Source of the DNA: Octopus vulgaris
Taxonomy: Eukaryota
DNA length: 64,000 nucleotides
NCBI GenBank assembly: GCA_951406725.2
Contig: OX597826.1
Coordinates: 29,202,001-29,266,000 of the forward strand
Reading direction: 5' to 3'
In this document: in pieces, positions 12,963-26,668 of the stretch
Layout of the letters: the number at the start of each line of letters is the position of its first letter
Numbering within the stretch: the stretch's first letter is position 1
The notes under the pieces: generated by a model
The model's database searches: none
Seen by the model: only the letters and a program-made list of their open reading frames with translations
What the model was told of the DNA's origin: nothing
Program-made: the position numbers and the translations under genes

Positions 12963-14376
12963 TTAAAGATGTAATAATTTAAAAAAGATATTGTAATGAA
13001 CAAGAATTTTATCATTTAAAATTCAGTGCAATAACTATATTCAGTCTTATGAGACTAAGTATGTATATGTGTGTGTATGTATCTATCTATCTGCCAGGCC
13101 CGCCTGACTGGCTCCCATGCTGGTGGCACACTAAAAAGCACCATCTGAACATGGCCGATGCCAGTACCCTCTGACTGGTTCTTGTGCCAGTGGCATGTAA
13201 AAAGCATCATCCAAACATGGCTGATGTCAGTCCCCGCTGACAGACTCCTGTGCCAGTGGCACATAATAAGCATCCACTACACTCTCGAAGTGGTTGGCGT
13301 TAGGAAGGGCATCCAGCTGTAGAAACATTGCCTGATCAGATTGGAGCCTGGTGCAACCACTGGTTCTTCAGACCTAAGTCAAACCGTCCAACCCATACCA
13401 GCATGGAAAACAGAGATTAAACGATGATGATGGTGTATATATATATATAAGGTGAGCTGGCAGAAATGTTAGCACACCGGCCAAAATGCTTATCGGTATT
13501 TCATCTGTCTATGTTCTGAGTTCAAATTCTGCTGAGGCTGACTTTGCCTTTCGTCCTTTCGGGGTCGATTAAACAAGTACCGGTTTCACACTGGGGTCGA
13601 TGTAATCAACTGAATCCCTTTGTCTGTCCTTCTTTGTCCCCTCTATGTTTAGCCCCCTGTGGGCAATAAAGAAAAAAAATATATATATATATATAGATAT
13701 ACACACACACACACACACACACATGCGCACAGAGAAATCTCAGTTGACAAATGCCAATCATCATGAACAAATCAGTTTTTGAAAATTTTACGAACATAAA
13801 ACTTTTCAGTTGACGATCGGTGTCTCAAGTAACAGACATTCAAGCTGGCAACAATGCTTGTGAGTAAGCTGGGAGTATTAGCAGGAGAGTATCAGTTGCT
13901 GTCTAGCTTTCACTCAATACGTGTCCCTGCTCGAATTTGCCGTGCCTTATCTTGAATTTCTTATGAGAGAAATAGTTTCAGTTTACAAATATTTCAAGTG
14001 ACAAGAAAGAGCCATCACGAATAAATTAAATTTGTAAACCGAAGACCCACTACACACACACATACACACTATTTACCATCCACTTTTCCAGGTTAGCATG
14101 GGTGAGTTGGAATTCAGTGAGGCAGATCTTCTAAGGCCAAATGCCTTTCCTGTTTCTAAGCACAGCAATATTTTCCCCATAGCCAAACATGTTTTTCAAA
14201 GAAGATTGAAAATGAAGAAGAAAATATTTATATGATGCTGCTTTGCATTCATTAGATTATGTGAAGATGAAGACACATACACCCACACACACACATGTAT
14301 GTATCAATCAATCAATCAATCGATCAATCAATCATTATTTTCCTAATCATGTTTTCTTTTTGGACTCTTTCTGTAG

Positions 14377-14504
14377 GAAGAAATTGCAAAGCTTTTACGT
14401 TTTGAGTCTTCGAAATGTGCTGCTGGCGATAAAGTTAGTCTGGATGAATACGCAAGTCGAATGAAAGCTGGTTCCCGGAATATATATTATTTGTCAGCCC
14501 CCAG
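14377..14504 (+). CDS. TRAP1: TRAP1 coding exon, 6th in window
   Basis: Acceptor ctctttctgtAG, donor GTAAAT. 128 nt: [42 protein letters not shown](S). Confidence 0.96.
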
Positions 14505-14678
14505 GTAAATCTTTGTACATGTTCTATATAAATTGATATTGTTTAGCAATGGTACTGGTGTCCCATAAAAAGCAATGGTGCTGGTGCCATGTAAAAAGCA
14601 CCCAGTACACTTTGTAAGGTGGTTGGCAAAAGGAAAGAAATCCAGCTTTAGAAACCATTCTAAAACAGGTTGTGTAAC

Positions 14679-16137
14679 CTGGTGTGGCTTCTGGCCTTAC
14701 CAGCAACTGGTGTGGCTTCTGGCCTTACCAGCAACTGGTGTGGCTTCTGGCCTTACCAGCAACTGGTGTGGCTTCTGGCCTTACCAGCAACTGGTGTGGC
14801 TTCTGACCTTACCAACAACTGGTGTGCTTTCTGGCCTTACCAACAACTGGTGTGGCTTCTGACCTTACCAACAACTGGTGTGCTTTCTGGCCTTACCAGC
14901 AACTGGTGTGGCTTCTGGCCTTACCAGCAACTGGTGTGGCTTCTGGCCTTACCAGCAACTGGTGTGGCTTCTGACCTTACCAACAACTGGTGTGCTTTCT
15001 GGCCTTACCAACAACTGGTGTGGCTTCTGGCCTTACCAGCAACTGGTGTGGCTTCTGGCCTTACCAGCAACTGGTGTGGCTTCTGGCCTTACCAGCAACT
15101 GGTGTGGCTTCTGGCCTTACCAGCAACTGGTGTGGCTTCTGGCCTTACCAGCAACTGGTGTGGCTTCTGACCTTACCAACAACTGGTGTGGCTTCTGACC
15201 TTACCAACAACTGGTGTGGCTTCTGGCCTTACCAACAACTGGTGTGGCTTCTGGCCTTACCAGCAACTGGTGTGGCTTCTGGCCTTACCAGCAACTGGTG
15301 TGGCTTCTGGCCTTACCAGCAACTGGTGTTGCTTCTGGCCTTACCAGCAACTGGTGTTGCTTCTGGCCTTACCAGCAACTGGTGTGGCTTCTGGCCTTAC
15401 CAACAACTGGTGTGGCTTCTGACCTTACCAGCAACTGGTGTGGCTTCTGGCCTTACCAGCAACTGGTGTGGCTTCTGGCCTTACCAGCAACTGGTGTGGC
15501 TTCTGGCCTTACCAGCAACTGGTGTGGCTTCTGACCTTACCAACAACTGGTGTGCTTTCTGGCCTTACCAACAACTGGTGTGGCTTCTGGCCTTACCAAC
15601 AACTGGTGTGGCTTCTGGCCTTACCAGCAACTGGTGTGGCTTCTGGCCTTACCAGCAACTGGTGTGGCTTCTGGCCTTACCAACAACTGGTGTGGCTTCT
15701 GGCCTTACCAGCAACTGGTGTGGCTTCTGACCTTACCAACAACTGGTGTGCTTTCTGGCCTTACCAACAACTGGTGTGGCTTCTGACCTTACCAACAACT
15801 GGTGTGGCTTCTGGCCTTACCAACAACTGGTGTGGCTTCTGGCCTTACCAACAACTGGTGTGGCTTCTGGCCTTACCAGCAACTGGTGTGGCTTCTGGCC
15901 TTACCAGCAACTGGTGTGGCTTCTGGCCTTACCAGCAACTGGTGTGGTTTCTGATCTTACCAACAACTGGTGTGCTTTCTGGCCTTACCAACAACTGGTG
16001 TGGCTTCTGGCCTTACCAGCAACTGGTGTGGCTTCTGGCCTTACCAGCAACTGGTGTGGCTTCTGGCCTTACCAGCAACTGGTGTGGCTTCTGGCCTTAC
16101 TAGCAACTGGTGTGGCTTCTGGCCTTACCAGCAACTG
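14679..16137. repeat. 28-bp minisatellite, ~52 copies, in a TRAP1 intron
   Basis: Unit CTGGTGTGGCTTCTGGCCTTACCAGCAA, head-to-tail with a few recurring variants; the flanks are the two halves of a common interspersed repeat. Confidence 0.97.
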
Positions 16138-16374
16138 TCAGATTGTCCATATGTTAAACGATGATAATCTTCATTTCCCAGCTGTTTAACTTTTTACACC
16201 TGGATGCTCTTCCTGTCACTGACACTGTTTTTTCAAGTAAGGAATATTTTTGTTGTTCTGCAGGTCTGGAAAGATAAATGTGATCGGAAGGTGAATTTAG
16301 AGAAATTGTTTAATTAAACACCTACTAATTACTTGCATTTTTATTTACGTCAATGTCTTGTGTTTGTCTTCTAG

Positions 16375-16565
16375 CCGAGAATTGGCCATGACCTCCCCTT
16401 ACTTTGAAGCTCTTCAAAAGAAAGACACAGAAGTTCTCTTCCTCTACGAACCATACGATGAACTGGTCCTCATGAACCTCGGCCAGTTTGACCGCAAGAA
16501 CCTGAAGTCTGTTGAAAACGAGATCCAGGATGACAAGGAAGACACGGATGCTGTAGACGAAAGTG
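16375..16565 (+). CDS. TRAP1: TRAP1 coding exon, 7th in window
   Basis: Acceptor tgtttgtcttctAG, donor GTAAGC. 191 nt: RELAMTSPYFEALQKKDTEVLFLYEPYDELVLMNLGQFDRKNLKSVENEIQDDKEDTDAVDES. Confidence 0.96.
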
Positions 16566-19295
16566 GTAAGCTTAATTTCTGGAAGCATTCGGGATATGGT
16601 TGATTGAAGAATTTGATGATGTGATTTGAGTGGACCCTAAATTTTACAAACAAAACAAAACAGGTTATTCAGCAGACCTGGGTTTAAATAACAGTGTGTA
16701 TGTGTGTGTGTTTGTGGTGTTAAGAGAAGGCAGTCATTAGACAGCTCTTATTTAATTGGTTTGTAAATTTATGTAAGTTAAGGACAAAGTGTTTCATACA
16801 TTGCATTTATGAAAATTACTCTGTCTCTCCCCTCTCTCCATCCTATTCTCATTATTATCTCTATCACAGTTGACTTACCTCAAACTTATTACTCTGTGTG
16901 TGTGTGTGTGTGTGTACTAGCCTTGAAGCCACTCTTCAGGCGGCATTCAAGGTAACTCCTGCAGGGAGCACCTTTTAGGCCTTCAGCCCCATTGGGCCAC
17001 TTCATGACCCTCTACCCTTGCGTAATGAAACTTATTTCTGCAAATGTGCTAAGCACTGATGCTGATCATAGTTTAATCAACAAGTGTAGGAGTGAGGTAA
17101 ATGCAGTAAAAATAGCGGGATCAGTGGGGCCCCATTTAAGCAACCCTTCAGAAATTGAACCTCCTTCCTGTATTCCCTCAGAGTTCATGGTATAAAATTC
17201 ATTGTCATTACTTTGATTTGGTCGCCAATGTCATGTATTTAGTTTAAAATGAAGCAAAAATAGTGGAGACAGTGGGGCGTCAGGTAGCCCTTAAAAAATA
17301 GATCCCCTTAGGACATACCCTGGGATTAGGGAAGTTGCCAGTTTGAGTTTTGTTGTCCTTGCATTAATGGTCTAGAAGTTCACGAACATAAAACCATAAC
17401 GGACAGCGAAACATCACTCCAATTTATGTTAAGAAGATATATATATACATACAAAATTTAGAGGACTGACCACTAAAAGTGGACAACCTATATGCTAAAC
17501 ATAGACGTCAAATCACCATTACCACGAAGAATGTGTTCTCAAGAAAAATCTCAGCAAAAAACCATACATAGGTGCAGGCATGGCTGTGTGGTAAGAAATT
17601 TGCTTCCCAACCACATGGTTGTGGGTTCAGTCCTGCTGTATGACACCTTGGGCAGGTGTCTTCTACTATAGCCTCTGTCCAACCACAGCCTTGTGAGTGG
17701 ATTTGGTAGGCAGAAACTGAAAGAAGCCCGTCATGTGTGTGTGTCCTTTGTGTTTGTCTCTCACCACTGCTTAACAACTGGTGTTGTTGTGTTTGTGTCC
17801 TTGTAACTTAGGGGTTTGACAAAAGGGACTGATAGAATAAATAGCAGGCTTAAAAACAAAAATAAGTACTGGGGTCAACTCATTCGAATAAAATCCTTCA
17901 AGGCAGTGCCCCAGCATGGCCTCAGTATAATGACTGAAATAAACAAAAGATATAAGATATATATATATATGTGTATATATATATATATATATATGTATGT
18001 ATATATTCTTTTATTCTTTTACTTGTTTCCGCCATGTGACTGCGGCCATATGGGAGCACCACATGTATATATGCATATATTTATATATTATTTATATTAT
18101 TATATGATCGAATGCCATGCATCATTTTCACATAAAAAGCACCATCCAAACGTGGCCGATGCCAGTGCCGCCTGGCTGGCTCCCATGCCGGTGGCATGCA
18201 AAAACCACCCACTACACTCTCAGAGTGGTTGGCATTAGGAAGAGCATCCAGCTGTAGAAACCTTGCTAGATCAAATTGGAGCCTGGTGCAGCCTGCAGGC
18301 TGGCCAAGTCTCAGTCAAGCCGTCCAACCCATGCCAGCATGGAAAACGAACGTTAAACGTTGTTGATGATGACGATGAAAATGTGACCGCGTGTGAACCG
18401 TTGGCGATTTTTTTTCCTCTGTCTTCCCTTCTCTGGATCTTTCCTCGAAACGTTAAACCCTCCTTCTTTCCTGAGCGTCCAATTATACTATATTTCTTCC
18501 ACGTCCTCGCGTTGTTGTGTTTTCTCTTTGTGTGTTCATGTTTGGATTAACTTTATATATATATATATATATATAATGAATTATTTCGTGTGTGTGTGTG
18601 TGTATGCATGTGCATATACATACACATAAATCTACTGTGAACAATATATGCATATCTATAACTCTCTCTTGCTGCCCCGTCTCTCTCTCTCTCTATTACT
18701 TAATCTCTCAATCTCTTCCTCTCAATGTCTTCCTCGCCTCGTTGGAGCCTCCACGTCCCTCGATAAAAAAATCATTTAATTTTTAGTGGTAGCAGAGGGT
18801 TATCTCCCTTACTTCACACACTGCCTCCTCGCGATAAACGACCTTTGTTGTTTTTAGTCCCATGTTACTTCTGACCGAACACGCCTGTAAGCAAAAGAAT
18901 TCCGGCCACAGCTTATTTCCCTTAGTTTTAGCAATTCTTAAGACTTATGTCATCCAGTGTGTCCTTTTCTTTTTTTCTCTTTTAGACGGTAGGATGTGTT
19001 TGTCAGAGAGATTTCGTGGCTATTTGAGCAGGTTGAGTGACCAGCTAAAAGCTCTCTTATTGGTCCGTTGAGTTTCGCCCGTGGTGGCGTCGGTGACGGT
19101 GCTAACGTGACGATAGCTACAGCACTATGTAATAATAGCCGCCGGCTAAGGGGCAGCATAGACTTCATGTTGATGTTGATCGTTATGATGCTGTTTGTGG
19201 TAATGGCTGCAAATTGATGATATTTTAGTAGTGATAAAAGAAAAACAAAAAGCGTATTATTTATTTTACTTGTTTTTTATTGTCGTTGATCATAG

Positions 19296-19381
19296 ATAGC
19301 AGCAGTCTGCGACAAGAGGAAGCAACAGATTTGGTTACCTGGATCAAAGCAACCTTAACTAATAAAGTGAACAATGTCAAG
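19296..19381 (+). CDS. TRAP1: TRAP1 coding exon, 8th in window
   Basis: Acceptor gttgatcatAG, donor GTGAGT. 86 nt: (D)SSSLRQEEATDLVTWIKATLTNKVNNVK; phases 1 in and 0 out fit both neighbouring exons. Confidence 0.93.
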
Positions 19382-20997
19382 GTGAGTCTAAAACATGTTT
19401 CTATGTTGTAAAGATGCTTTTTGGTCATGGTAGACCATGGGGTTGCGTCTAGAAAGTTCCCCTCCAAGGCACAAGTCCGGGCAAGGTTGTTTATGGAAGA
19501 CCAGCAGTTGCCCATGCATACCAGTCTCCCCTCTGTGTACCACATGTTATCCAAGAGAAAAGCAAAGGAGCCAATACAGCTTGGCACCATGATGTTGCAA
19601 CTCATCTCTACAGCTGAGCAAACTGGAGCAACATGAAATAAAGTGTCTTACTCAAGAACACAACACACAGAGCCAGTTCCGGGAATTGAACTCACCACTT
19701 TATGATTGTGAACCAGACGCTCGAACCACTGAGCCTCATTGGCAGAATTGTTAGAACACCAGAGGAAAGAAAATACCTTGTGTTATTTCTTCTGGTTTTT
19801 TGCATTCTTAGTTCAAATGCTGCCAATTTTTTATTCTTTGGATAGAATAAAGTACAAGTCAAGTACAAGTGTTGATGATGGCAACTAATCCTCTTTCTCA
19901 AACTTCAGGTCTTGTGCCTTTCCTGCAACGAAATATTATTATTATTTTTAAGGCAGTGAACTGGTAGAACCGTTAGCATGCCAGGCGAAATGCTTAGCAC
20001 TATTTTACTCGTCACTACATTCTAAGTTCAAATTCCACAAAGGTCAACTTTGCTTAGGGTCAGTCTAATCAACCTAATCTCGTCCCCCAAATTTGAGGCC
20101 ATGTGCTTCCAGTAGAAAAGATTATTATTATTATTATTATTATTATTAAGGCGGTGAGATGGCAGAATCTTTAGCACACCAGGCAAAATGTTTAGCAGTA
20201 TTTCGTTTGCCCCTACATTCTGAGTTCCGCCTTTCATCCTTTCACAATCAATTAAATAAGTACCAGTTATGCACTGGGGTCGATGTAATCAACTTAATCT
20301 CCTCCTCGAATCTGCCCTTGTGGCAAAATTTGTAATTATTATTATTATTTTTAAGGTGGCGAGCTGGCAGAAGCGTTAGCATGCCAAATGAAATGCTTAG
20401 CGGTACTTTGTCCGACTTTACATTCCGAGTTCAAATTTCATCAAGGTCGACTTTACCGTTCATCCTTTCGGGGCTGATGAATTAAGTACCAATGAAACAC
20501 TGGTGTCGATGTAATCAACTACTCCCCACCCCGCTAAATTTCCAATTGATCTGATCAGCAGGACAGCTTGCTTGTGAAATTAACTTGCAAGTGGCTGAGC
20601 ACTCCACGGATACACGTACCCTTAACATAGCTCTCTGAGTGCGACAGTGCTGGCCCTTTGAATTACAGGCACAACTGAGAGGCCTGAAGCAACAAGAAAT
20701 AAAGTGTGTTACTGAAGGCCACAATACACTGCCAGGAATTGAACTCCTAACCCTATGATCATGAGCCAAACACCCTAACCACTAATTCATGCAGCGTTGT
20801 AGCGTAACTGGTACGTTGTTTTACTGACCCACAAACGATGGAAGGCAAAGTTGACCTTGGGAATATTTGAACTCAGAATGCTAAGCATTTTGTCCGACAT
20901 ACAAACAATTCTACCGGCTTGCCACCTTTATCTGTAATATATTTTAGGATTACTTTTGGGTTGTGTTCTTGAGCCAAACAACTGAGGTATATCTTAA

Positions 20998-21207
20998 CCT
21001 TTTAGCATTTAAACCAACCATAACTGGCCAAAATAATCTACCTGTTTTATTGTTCAAACTATCCTGATCAAACCTATCACACCTATCCTGCAATGTCATC
21101 CTAAAACTTAGACAAAAACTCAATGCTACGAGATAATGCACAATTAATTCAAAACAATCTGATTAATTAAGCATTGTATTTGATGAAGTAATCTGAATAC
21201 CTAAGGG
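20998..21207. mobile_element. TTAA-type MITE; a related copy at ~61321-61945 is split by a SINE-like insertion
   Basis: TTAA-ccttttagcattt ... aatacctaaggg-TTAc; the same family is interrupted at ~61450-61900. Confidence 0.55.
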
Positions 21208-21869
21208 TTACAGTGAAACTCTTATATGAACAAGGCGACGAGGATGGCATGGATAAGAAAGTTTTGAAACATGCTGGAATTCTTCAAATCTTACCCCCTT
21301 TTCAATACCTGACTACCTGAGACCATACTTGGTGCTATGTTAGAAACTTTTGGCTTACAGAGATGTAAATTTAAGCATTCTATGTTAATTTATGTTCTAA
21401 ACATCAGCTTAACAATGACAAAGTTATTTCATTAAACCTTTAATTATTTTCAGATTTAATTAAAATAAAACAAGTGTGTTTCTTCAGAAATATGCTCACA
21501 AAATAAAAACATTTTCTCTATTGACTGCAGCACTGTGAAGAGTTATTTCCCCTGGTCTCTTCCTGTTCTTTTTACTTATATTTTAAAACTCTGCCCACTC
21601 CATTTTTCTGGAAAATTTAAATTGAACAGTTTATATTTGTATTATATGACAAGGAGAGTGTAACTTGATGTGTCTTTGTTATGTTTGTACAGCCCTCGGT
21701 TGTGAAGATTAAACTGGCTGAAAAGCCAATTTAATTATATAAATATGACCAAGAGAACTAAAGTATCAAATTATTATTTTTCAACTCGTACACACACACA
21801 CACATTTATAGTGTGTGTGTGTGTATAGGATAGCCCTTCTAAATATCTTTCTACTCTATTCTTCGTCAG

Positions 21870-22015
21870 GTGACTAAAAGATTGGTATCACATCCATGTA
21901 TTGTGACTGTAGTGGAAATGGGTTCAGCCCGACATTTCCTTCGCACCACACTCGCAGACAAATCACCAGAAGAACGCTACCGACTCCTGCAACCAACATT
22001 AGAAATAAATGCCAG
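21870..22015 (+). CDS. TRAP1: TRAP1 coding exon, 9th in window (C-terminal domain)
   Basis: Acceptor attcttcgtcAG, donor GTAAGT. 146 nt: [48 protein letters not shown](S); EMGxARHFLR and LLQPTLEIN are TRAP1-typical. Confidence 0.97.
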
Positions 22016-22889
22016 GTAAGTCATCCACTTGCCTGCTCCTTCATCACTCACTCTCTCTCTCTCTCTCTCTGATGGAAATGTGTTGGTAGATATTCATGGT
22101 ACTGGTTTTGAAGATTACTTCTGCTCTATATTGATCATTTGAATTAATCACTATATATGTCTATATGTGTATACTATATAACTATGTCTGGTTGTATGAT
22201 TTTGTCTATAACTAATTGCCTGTCTATGAACCTGTAATTTCTATATACCTCTTTGCCTAGATAGATAGATAGATATATATAGATAGAAACGAGTTTGGAG
22301 ACATTTCAAACTACATCTAATTATGAACGTTGGCTTGGGAATTCCAAAGTTTTGAGGAGTGTGGAACCACTCTTCAGTTACTATTGTTCTCAGGTCTCCT
22401 CTAACCCAGAATGGTAACACCTACCAGGGACCCAGCAATGGGTTCATTAGCATGGAATTACCTCTGGGAGCGGTGACACACAGACGTCCCAACAGACTCA
22501 GAACAGATGAAGCTGTTCTGTTCTTTAGTTGTCCATCTAAGAGAAGGCAATGCCATACAAATCCTGTATCCTGATAATTACTGGTCTTGTGGCATTTGTT
22601 GCACCGAATCAACTAATTTGAAGGACAAGGGAGCAGAACTGGCTCTGCACAAGCCATGCCCACCACAATAATGTCCAGTAAACCAAGACACTAACACCAG
22701 CACCAGCACACTTTCTTTAAAAGGAGGAAAATGTTCTAAGAACATTGTACAGCTACATCTTCCTGAACCCTCATTCATCAAAGGGGCAAGAGAATCCAAT
22801 ATTATATCCAGCCATCCTTTCACATGGGATTTCGTCTATCTCCAAACCATTGGCTCTGATGAGGCTTATACAAGGGAATTGAATTGTTT

Positions 22890-23460
22890 ATCATCATCAT
22901 CATCATCGTTTAACGTCCGTTCTCCATGCTAGCATGGGTTGGACGGTTCGACCGGGGATCTGGGAAGCCAGAAGGGTGCACCAGGCTCCAGTCTTATCTG
23001 GCAATGTTTCTGCAGCTGGATGCCCTTCCTAACGCCAACCACTCCGTGAGTGTAGTGGGTGCTTTTTACGTGCCACCCGCACAGGTGCCAGGTGAGGCTG
23101 GTAACGGCCACGGTCGGATTGGTGCATTTTACGTGCACCGGCACGGAAGCCAGTCGAGGCAGCACTGGCTTTGGCCACGATTCGGATGGTGCTTTTTACG
23201 TGCCACCGGCACGGAAGCCAGTCGAGGCGGTGCTGGCATCGGCCACGATTTGGATAGTGCTTTTTACGTACCACCAGTCCAGGGGTCCTGGCATCTGCAG
23301 GGTGCTAGTCATAGGATTGGTTCAATTTCGATTCCGATTTCGATTTCACTTGCCCCAACAGGTCTTCGCAAGCAAAGGGGGTTGGCATAGGTGCCTGTCG
23401 TCGGATGAGGTTCGATATCGACTTCGCTTGCCTCAACAGGTCTTTGTTTGTCCAAGGGAG
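22890..23460 (-). mobile_element. RTE-tail-like SINE/LINE 3' repeat, family C (representative young copy)
   Basis: (CAT)n tail then gtttaacgtcc...ccatgctagcatgggttggacgg...ggatgcccttcctaacgccaacc, with internal ~50-bp ggtgctttttacgtgccacc subrepeats and retained CpGs. Copies at ~1240-1585, 13095-13435, 18130-18380, 43135-43420, 61450-61900. Confidence 0.75.
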
Positions 23461-23830
23461 GAAAGGCATGCATAAGTGGGCTGGACTCACTTGTCCTGCC
23501 TGGTCTTCTCACGTACAGCATATATATCAAAAATGTTTAAAAGTCGAAAGAAATTGTCTCTTTTGGTTTTTTTAATAATTGTTTATGTTATCTTGTATTA
23601 TATTATATTATATCATATTCATAGTATAATATATTATGTTATTATAAATAAATTACTGGATTGTCAATTGTATCTCTCTATTTAATTTATTGTTTATAAT
23701 TTGTATTATACTCTTATTTCTGTGGTATTCAACTGACATACCAGTGAATTGGATGTTTTACACACCTCTTTCAAGGAATTATTTTCCTTAGTTTGTTAGA
23801 GTTATCCATTTAGCATTTTTCCGATGGCTG

Positions 23831-23891
23831 GATAACTGCAGAGATGGCAGCGAGGATTTCCACCTCGGCATCCGAAACTCGGAGTTTTATC
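23831..23891 (+). ncRNA. Hammerhead-like motif with a variant core
   Basis: gataa-CTGCAGA-gatg..cgagg/cctcg..catcc-GAAAC-TCGGA-GTT-ttatc. Perfect stem I gataa/ttatc and stem III ACTC/GAGT; the core has C where CUGANGA has A. Confidence 0.4.
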
Positions 23892-24539
23892 ATGGCTACC
23901 GAATAATTGTCACATATTATTTTACAGATAAATTCCTCTATTTACATAATATCTTTCTTTCTTTTGTTGTCTTACCATTTTCATCAAGATATCTATATAG
24001 ATGCATATACATATGTCCATCTATGAATCTGTAGACGTCTGTGTAGTGTGAAGGTGCCTGATTTAGTGGTTAAGCTACTCAGCTCAGGGTCATAAAGTCA
24101 TGAGTTTGATTCCAGACCGAGCTGTGTGTTGTGTCCTTGAGCAAGACATTTTACTCCACATTGCTCCAGTCCACTCAACTAGCAAAAATTAGTTGTACCT
24201 GTAATTCAAAAGGGCCAGCCTTGTCACATTCTGTGTCACACTGATTCTCCATGAGAACTACATTATAAGGGTACACGTGTCTGTAGAGTACTCAGCCACT
24301 TGCATGTTAATTTCACAAGCAGGCTGTTCCATTGATCGGATCAACTGGAATCCTCGTCTTCGCAACTGACTGAGTATCCGAATGTACACGTGTGTGTGTG
24401 TCCGTATCCACACATAATGATACAATCATCTATGCGCTAATAACAGTTTTATAGACAATAACCTGTATTGATTATATTTAATGAACATCTGTGATTTTTT
24501 TGTTTTTGTTTTTTTTGTTTTGTTTTACTATTTAATAAT

Positions 24540-24734
24540 GTCTTTCACTCAGTTCCTTTCTTTCTCTCATCTTATTCTTCAAACATTTCACTTTGTTCAT
24601 ATTTTGACAAACTCAACAAACGGATCTTGTCTTTCTCCCTCTTCTTTCTCTTCATTGTTTTATAGTTCTCTCTCTCTCTCTCTCTCTCTCTCTGAAGGGA
24701 ATCATTTTTCTCTTTTCTTTCTTTAGCATCTGTT

Positions 24735-24792
<58 letters not shown>

Positions 24793-25245
24793 CAATCATC
24801 CTCTCTTTCACTAATTACTATCAGTCTGTCAGCCCCTTTCTCTCTCTCTTACCATCTCTTTTCATCTCCCCCTCCATCTTGGTCTTTCTTTCCCTCCTCT
24901 CTCTCTTTCCCCTATCTTTCTCCCTCCCTCTCTTTCTCTCTTTCTTCCCCACTCCTCTCTCTCCCTCCCTCTCTTTTCTGTCCTTTTCCACTGACTTCTC
25001 CATCCACCACTTCTTTCTAAATTATTTCAGTCTTCTTCTTCTTCTTCCTTTCTTTCTCTGAAATATTTCAGTCATTTTTCTCTCTCTGCTTTCACCTACT
25101 TCTAACACGCACACACTCCTCTCCCCCCTCTCTCTCCTCCATCTCTCACTTTCTATTCCCCCTCTCTCTTATCAATAATCTATCTTTCCTTTCATTAAAT
25201 TATTCCTCCCTCTCTCTCCCTCCTCCTTTTCCTCTCGTCTCTCAA
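24540..25245. repeat. ~700-bp polypyrimidine (CT-rich) low-complexity tract; a similar one at 6483-6810
   Basis: Almost exclusively C/T on the + strand, including (CT)n runs. Confidence 0.9.
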
Positions 25246-26637
25246 CACTACAAGAGTTGACCATAACTTTCTTCGTCCCAGTCTTTCGCTTCCTCCTTCA
25301 GGGAATTCGCTATTATTGTATTGGATACCGGTGCCACGAGCACCGACTTGCAGTGCTGCCAGCTTTGTCATCAAGATGGTTAGAGGCTGGCATGATTGCT
25401 TGTCAGATTGGTGTATTTAATTACAAATGGTGTGTGTGAATCTTTTATTTGTTTCAGTCATGAGACTGTGTGCCCATGCTGTAGTACTGACTTAAAATGT
25501 TTAATTGAACAAATCAACCTCGGTAATTACTCTCTAGTCTGGCACTTGTGCCATCAAGCTCTATTGCCGCACCGCTAAGTTACAGGGATGGATGTAAACA
25601 AACCAACACTGGTTGTCAGATGGCCGTGGGGGAGAAACACAAAAAGCACAGACATACACCTGCACACTCACATACAAACACATGTACACATACACAAACA
25701 CATATACACACACACATGCACACACACACACAATCATGCATGTGCACACACGTGTATGTATGCACGTGGACACCTGCATGTGCAAACATATACACACAAA
25801 CATGTGTGCACACACAAGCAATCAAGTACACACACATGCATGCACCCACACACACACGCGCAATGGTCGTCTCTCAGTTTCTGTCTCCCAAATCCAATCA
25901 CAAGCCTTGGCATATATATATATTAATTTTTTACATTTTTCAGTCATTAAACTGTGGCCCTGCTGGGGCACGACCTCAGAGAGTTTTATAGTTTGTAAAA
26001 TGAATGGACACCGGTGCTTATTTTTTAAAGTCTGGTACTTCTTCTATCAGTCTTTTTTGCCAAACTGCTAAGTTACAAGGACGTAAACAAACTAATACTG
26101 GTTGTTAAGAGGCTGTGAGGGTTTAAAAATAAATAGACGTACACTCACACACACACGTCAGGCTTCTTTCAGTTTCCATCTACAAAATTCACTTACAAAG
26201 CACTTGTTGACCTTTGGCTGTAGTAGAAGACACTTGAGCAAGGTGCTGCACAGTGGAACCAAACTCAAAACCATGTGGTTGCTAAGAAAACTCCTTACCC
26301 TCACAGCCATGCCTCGGTTTATAGATGTACATGTGTGTGTGTTTAGATACAAATGCATACCTCTACAGCTAAGAAACTTGAAACCATAACATCCTCCTTT
26401 GCCTGGTTTTATCTCCTGCTCCTATTCATTACCAATGTGATGTGTGTATATATATATGTGTATATATATATTAAGATAAAACTTAGTTGAAAATGATGCA
26501 TGGCATTCAATCATATAATAATATAAATAATATATAAATATATGCATATATACATGTGGTGCTCCCACATGGCCGCAGTCACATGGTGGAAACAAGTAAA
26601 AGAATAAAAGAATATATACAAAGATATATATATATAT

Positions 26638-26668
<31 letters not shown>

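Noticed and set aside
14679-16137. CRISPR array or repetitive protein ORFs (up to 246 aa)
   Set aside because: Units are contiguous with no unique spacers, lie in a eukaryotic intron and derive from an interspersed repeat; the ORFs result from 28-bp periodicity.
18986-18988. 3-nt microexon (ttttAG-acg-GTAGGA) that would add an Asp to TRAP1
   Set aside because: Lies in sequence resembling an interspersed repeat (similar to ~38440-38525) and has a weak donor; no other support.
25340-25365. Iron-responsive element (CAGUGC loop)
   Set aside because: The flanking bases do not form the required 5-bp upper stem.
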